Assembly (NCBI GenBank): GCA_036000965.1
Contig: DASYUT010000164.1
Span: 1,932 to 65,931, forward strand
Direction: 5' to 3'
DNA: 64,000 bases
From: Actinomycetes bacterium
Lineage (GTDB): Bacteria; Actinomycetota; CALGFH01
Both the position numbers and the translations under genes were made by a program. The notes below the pieces were generated by a model. It was given only the letters and a program-made list of their open reading frames with translations. It did no database searches and was not told the origin of the DNA. Shown here one piece after another: positions 57,534 to 64,000 of the stretch (its first letter is position 1; each line of letters opens with the position of its first letter).

Positions 57534-59084
57534 TCAGGTGACCGCCTTCACGATCGCCTCGTCGAGGCCGGGGAAGCCGGCCAGGTACTCGGCCCGCTCG
57601 GCCTTCAGGCGCTCGACCTGCCTGCGGTACTCGTCCATGCGGCGCTGGCGCTCGTACAGCCGGCGCGGCTGCAGGATCTCCTCGTCGTCGATGCCGGGCA
57701 CGGCCGAGGCCACCTGGTAGCCGAAGTCCGGGTCGCCGTCCCAGGTGATCGAGCCCTCGGCGATGCCCTTCACGATGGCCGACGAGTGCGGGATGCGGAT
57801 CTTCTTGGAGCGGTCGTCGCCGTCGTTGCCGCCGACCCGGCCGGTGTTCAGCAGGTAGACCTCGAGCGGATGGGACTCGAGCAGCTCGGCCAGCCGGTTG
57901 CCCTGCTGCTCGTGGCGCAGCGGGTAGAACGGGTTCGTGCCGGGCACGCGCAGGGCCTTGCCCTCCTCGGCCTTGCCCCCGGCCGATGTGCCCTGGGTCT
58001 CCCCGAGCATGAAGTAGCCGGCCGCCTGCTCGACGTTGAGCCTGGCCACCCCCGGGATGATGTTGTCGTTGCGGTTGAGGATGAGCAGGAACGACGCCGC
58101 GGGTACCTCGCCGGCCGGCCAGTTGTCGATCGAGCGCATGTTGAAAACGGCCCGGCCGTTCTTGGTGTAGGACTCGTCGAAGAAGTCGATCTCCTCGCCG
58201 TGCTGGGAGACGTTCTCGAGGTAGGCGTCGGGCTTGGTGACCGCCCCGTGGATGGCGGGCTCGTCCTCGGCCGAGAGCGCGAACGTCTTGGCGAAGCAGC
58301 CGTCCTCGGTGGAGACGATCCTCCCGCCCGGGAACAGGCCGATGAAGTCGTCCTGGACCGCCTGGGAGCCGTTCTGCTTGGTGAACGTCGTGGTGGTCTT
58401 GCCGGTGCCCGACAGGCCGACGATCAGCATGGTCCTGCGGCCGTCGGAGGTCGGGATCACCTTGCAGCCGGCGTGCATGGCGAGGCCGCCGCCCTCGTAG
58501 ACCCGCTTGTTCCACATGCGCAGGCCGCCCTTTTTCGACTCACCGAAGTAGTCGGAGTTGAGGACCCGCGTCACCCCCTCCTCGAGGTCGACCGCGATCA
58601 CCCGGTCGTCCGGGTAGCCGGTCATGGAGAGGTTGGGGGTGTAGACGATGGTGATCTCGGGGTCGTGGGACGCGCCGCCGTCGTCGACCGGGTCGTAGTA
58701 GAGGAAGCGCTGCATCCCGGCGATGTTCGAGTTGGCCTTCTCGATGATCAGACGGGCCGGGGTGCGGTACTCGCCGGCGTGGCCCACGAAGCCGTCGACC
58801 ACCACCATGTCGTGGCGCTTGATGTAGTCGTCCTGGACGGCGGCGATGCGGGCGCCCTCCTCCCGGCTGACCGTCTGGTCGGAGTGCTCCTCGGGCCGGT
58901 CGGTGACGATGTAGGTCGACCCCTTGGACCTGGCCAAGACCTTCGTCTTGACGTTGACGTTGCCGTACCTGGTCTGCCTGGCCTGCGGCATCGCGTCGGT
59001 GAAGGCCCGCAGCTCCTCCTCGCTGGGGCAGAACGCGACGGACTTGGCGACGAGGTCGAGGTCCTGTGGGGGCGAGCTCGGCAT
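57534..59084 (-). CDS. pckA: Phosphoenolpyruvate carboxykinase, ATP-dependent type
   Basis: [14 protein letters not shown]…; kinase-1a loop GLSGTGKTT; …[22 protein letters not shown]…; ~516 aa. ATP-type PckA signature rather than the GTP-type. Confidence 0.9.
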   Translation of the reverse strand: MPSSPPQDLDLVAKSVAFCPSEEELRAFTDAMPQARQTRYGNVNVKTKVLARSKGSTYIVTDRPEEHSDQTVSREEGARIAAVQDDYIKRHDMVVVDGFVGHAGEYRTPARLIIEKANSNIAGMQRFLYYDPVDDGGASHDPEITIVYTPNLSMTGYPDDRVIAVDLEEGVTRVLNSDYFGESKKGGLRMWNKRVYEGGGLAMHAGCKVIPTSDGRRTMLIVGLSGTGKTTTTFTKQNGSQAVQDDFIGLFPGGRIVSTEDGCFAKTFALSAEDEPAIHGAVTKPDAYLENVSQHGEEIDFFDESYTKNGRAVFNMRSIDNWPAGEVPAASFLLILNRNDNIIPGVARLNVEQAAGYFMLGETQGTSAGGKAEEGKALRVPGTNPFYPLRHEQQGNRLAELLESHPLEVYLLNTGRVGGNDGDDRSKKIRIPHSSAIVKGIAEGSITWDGDPDFGYQVASAVPGIDDEEILQPRRLYERQRRMDEYRRQVERLKAERAEYLAGFPGLDEAIVKAVT

Positions 59085-59150
59085 TGCAAAGCCTCCAGTG
59101 CAGGGTGACACCACGTGCTGCCGGCCACGATGCCGGGCCTGGCCACCAGC

Positions 59151-59852
59151 TTACCCTCGGGGTCGTTCCCCCTTTCGGAGGCAGTCAAGCACTTCGTCGT
59201 CGGTGACCTGCGGGAAGTCGGCGAACGCCTGGCCCACGGCGACGTACCGCTCCGGCGTCTCGAGCACCACCACCTCGTCGACGGCCCGGCCGAGCCGGCG
59301 CCCGAGCCCCGGCGGCCCGACCGGCACCGCGAGCACGACCCGGCCCGCGCCTGCATGGCGGCACCAGCCCGCCGCAGCGATGCAGGTCCAGCCGGTGGCC
59401 ACGCCGTCGTCGACCAGGACGGCGGTGCGCCCGGCGAGCGGAGGCGGGGGGCGGTCGCCGCGGTAGGCGGCGGTGCGCCGGGTGACCTCTTCCCGCTGCC
59501 GGGCGATCTCGGCCCGCAGCGCGGCCGGGTCGAGCCGCAGTCGCCGCACTGCGTCGTGGTCGACCGCCTCGATCCCGTCGGCGACCGCGCCGACGGCCAG
59601 CTCCGGGTTGCCGGGCGCTCCGAGCTTCCTCGGCACCACGACGTCGAGGACCGCCCCGAGCCGGCGCGCCACCCGGGCGGCCACGACCACCCCGCCCCGC
59701 GGGATCCCGAGGATCACGACCGGTTCGACGACACGCTCGGCAAGGACCTCGGCCAGCCGGTCGCCGGCCTCGGCCCGGTCGGCGAACAACCGCCGCCCTA
59801 CCGAGGGAAGCGTTCCAGTCTCGGGCGGGTCGCCATGATGTGGATCCTCCAC
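59151..59852 (-). CDS. Phosphoribosyltransferase-family protein
   Basis: …VVILGIPRGGVVVAARVARRLGA… and PRPP-binding …AVLVDDGVATGWT…; 233 aa. Confidence 0.7.
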   Translation of the reverse strand: MEDPHHGDPPETGTLPSVGRRLFADRAEAGDRLAEVLAERVVEPVVILGIPRGGVVVAARVARRLGAVLDVVVPRKLGAPGNPELAVGAVADGIEAVDHDAVRRLRLDPAALRAEIARQREEVTRRTAAYRGDRPPPPLAGRTAVLVDDGVATGWTCIAAAGWCRHAGAGRVVLAVPVGPPGLGRRLGRAVDEVVVLETPERYVAVGQAFADFPQVTDDEVLDCLRKGERPRG

Positions 59853-60100
59853 GATCGGTCGACACGCCCAGCCGGCCCGTTCCGGCTGGACAGTCGATAC
59901 TATCCTCTCCGTACCCGGCGAATGAAGCCGCGCGGGGGAGCGTCTGTTGCCGTCCGCATTGGTCGCGACAATTCCTTGGCATGCTTAGGAGCCTTGTGTA
60001 GCATGCGCAGGTCTCGATGATTGATTGGGCGCCGTGCCCCTTTTCTCAAGAAACCGCGCCAGGGCGACGGCTCGGGTCCCAGCCAAGGAGGTCGGTGCTT

Positions 60101-60334
60101 GTGGTGACGGCGTACATCTTGATCCAGACCGAAGTGGGCAAGGCGGCCCAGGTCGCCAAGGAGATTGCTGAGATCAAGGGCGTGCAGCAGGCCGAGGACG
60201 TGACCGGGCCGTACGACGTCATCGTCAGGGCCGAGGCCAGCAACGTCGACGACCTGGGCAAGCTCGTGGTTGCCCGCGTGCAGGCGGTGGACGGCATCAC
60301 CCGGACCCTGACCTGCCCGGTGGTGCACCTGTAG
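60101..60334 (+). CDS. Lrp/AsnC ligand-binding-domain (RAM) protein, stand-alone
   Basis: GTG start 8 nt after AAGGAGG. Sequence VVTAYILIQTEVGKAAQVAKEIAEIKGVQQAEDVTGPYDVIVRAEASNVDDLGKLVVARVQAVDGITRTLTCPVVHL, with no HTH domain. Confidence 0.6.
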   Translation: MVTAYILIQTEVGKAAQVAKEIAEIKGVQQAEDVTGPYDVIVRAEASNVDDLGKLVVARVQAVDGITRTLTCPVVHL

Positions 60335-60554
60335 GGTTCCGGACGCCCGGGGGGCGGCCGACAGGGAAGACCCGGGGCCGGACGACCGGCCCCGGGTCTT
60401 CCGGTCTGCCCGCCCCGCGAACCTGCCCGGGCGGAATGGCTTGGCCTCGAGCATGAGGATGCGGTTGCACTGGGCGGCCTGCCCGCACGGCGCACGTGCC
60501 GGGCGGAATGGAGCCCCCCCGTCGCCGCAGGCGGCTCCGAGCCCTTCTCGGATG

Positions 60555-63100
<2,546 letters not shown>

Positions 63101-63209
63101 GCGCCAAGCCGCTCGAGGAGGCGAAGGTCAGCTCGGGCTGAGCGCCAAGCCGCTCGAGGAGGCAACGGTCAGCTCGAGCTGCGCGCCAAGCCGCTCGAGG
63201 AGGCAACGG

Positions 63210-64000
63210 TCAGCTCGAGCTGAGCGGGGTGCCGCCGTCCAAGGGGATCTTGACCTCGGCCAGCTCGGCGCGGTCCCCGTCCGAGATGGTCAGCGTCATC
63301 CCGGTCGCCTTGGTCGGCGGCGGGGGGGTGAACCGGACCACGCCCGACGAGATGGACGGTTCCGTGTGGAACACGTCGCTGCCGCGCACCTCGTAGGTGG
63401 AGCCGACGTCGTCGGTGAGCCGCCACGACAGCTCGGCCAGCCGGGCCGGGAGCCGGGACAGGGGCAGGCCGGGCAGCAGCGCCCAGCGCACCTCGAGCCA
63501 GCGCGACCAGACGTCCAGACCAAGCAGGACCAGCGTGTTGTCGCCGAATGCCGGCAGCCGCCTGGCCAGTGGGACCACCCGGACCAGCTCGACCGGCCCC
63601 TCCCTGGACACGCGCTTGGCCCAGGCCTCGGGCGACTCGCCGAACGGTTCGCCCTCGCTCGAGCCCTCGCCACCGACCGCGGTGTACATGGAGAGCACCT
63701 GGACGACCTGCTGGCGCACACGGCGCAGGTCGGCGCCCAGCTTGACCAGGACCTGGGCGGCGACGCCCTCGCCCTCGCGGACCAGGCCGAGCAGGATGTG
63801 CTCGGTGCCGATGTAGTTGTGGCCGAGCTGCAGCGCCTCGCGCAGCGACAGCTCCAGGACCTTCTTGGCCCGGGGCGTGAACGGGATGTGCTCGGCCGGG
63901 GCGGTCTGGCCCTGACCGATGATCTCCTCCACCTGGGCCCGGACCGCTTCGAGGGAGATGCCAAGCGACTCGAGCGCCTTGGCGGCGACGCCTTCGCCCT
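63210..64000 (-). CDS. Clp_N (Clp R-domain) repeat-containing protein; 5' end beyond the window
   Basis: …EGEGVAAKALESLGISLEAVRAQVEEIIGQGQTAPAEHIPFTPRAKKVLELSLREALQLGHNYIGTEHILLGLVREGEGVAAQVLVKLGADLRRVRQQVVQVL. These are two Clp_N repeats, followed by a ~150-aa non-ATPase C-terminal domain. Confidence 0.7.
   Translation of the reverse strand, partial: GEGVAAKALESLGISLEAVRAQVEEIIGQGQTAPAEHIPFTPRAKKVLELSLREALQLGHNYIGTEHILLGLVREGEGVAAQVLVKLGADLRRVRQQVVQVLSMYTAVGGEGSSEGEPFGESPEAWAKRVSREGPVELVRVVPLARRLPAFGDNTLVLLGLDVWSRWLEVRWALLPGLPLSRLPARLAELSWRLTDDVGSTYEVRGSDVFHTEPSISSGVVRFTPPPPTKATGMTLTISDGDRAELAEVKIPLDGGTPLSSS

Noticed and set aside
56383-58515. 710-aa minus-strand ORF spanning thiL and half of pckA
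   Set aside because: Only the C-terminal 349 aa (ThiL) make sense. The upstream 360 aa are an out-of-frame overlap of pckA with Arg/Gly-rich nonsense.

Overview
This is a high-GC (~72%) actinobacterial chromosome window. All calls were made by eye from the six-frame ORF track and the raw sequence, with no database searches. Coordinates follow the ORF-track convention (stop codon included) and may be off by a few nt; start codons are the least certain part.

Three kinds of content are present.

1. Conserved core blocks, all on the minus strand:
- 5.8-21.6 kb: acyP, a small ORF, smc, ftsY, two convergent histidine kinases (sitting where many actinomycetes carry amt-glnB-glnD), ffh, rpsP, KH-domain protein, rimM, trmD, rplS, lepB, rnhB, DUF2469, a micro-ORF, yraN.
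- 22-32.5 kb: L,D-transpeptidase lipoprotein, fpg/mutM, a second fpg/nei paralog, rnc, rpmF, yceD/DUF177, coaD, rsmD, two tandem TrmB-family regulators, recG, rpmB.

2. An accessory, decayed stretch (32.7-49.7 kb):
- Intact-looking genes: an XRE-family regulator, Prim-Pol, Nif3, a YciI-ECF sigma pair, a SAM methyltransferase and a TetR regulator.
- A two-gene cargo (YceI-TolB-propeller fusion protein plus a secreted intradiol-dioxygenase-like protein) flanked by two co-oriented pieces of an IS630-family transposase, which looks like an IS630 gene split by the cargo.
- Mobile-element and decay remnants: an IS5-like transposase with an internal deletion, and several frameshifted or truncated genes (PAP2/kinase-like, alpha/beta hydrolases, MFS).

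3. A metabolic block (49.7-64 kb): NUDIX, thiD, ALDH, gnd, Qor, thiL, ATP-type pckA, a PRTase, an Lrp-like protein, serC, aspC and a partial Clp_N protein.

The most interesting single observation is a TlpA-like thioredoxin-fold gene (55584..56204) whose only interruption is an in-frame TGA exactly at the first Cys of its CxxC motif (…SPT-TGA-PEC…), with a small GC hairpin about 19 nt downstream. This is either a selenocysteine UxxC redoxin or a nonsense pseudogene.

Other recurring oddities:
- Tandem repeat arrays built from the 3' ends of genes (fpg paralog 2, aspC).
- A repeat cluster between acyP and the L,D-transpeptidase gene.
- A ~90-nt copy of an internal recG segment in the rsmD-trmB spacer.
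- A frameshift at a poly-C run in an SRPBCC gene.

The left end (0-5.7 kb) carries DUF899, SRPBCC/ArsR, a sensor-kinase remnant, an AraC fragment, an ECF sigma factor and a DsrE-like gene.
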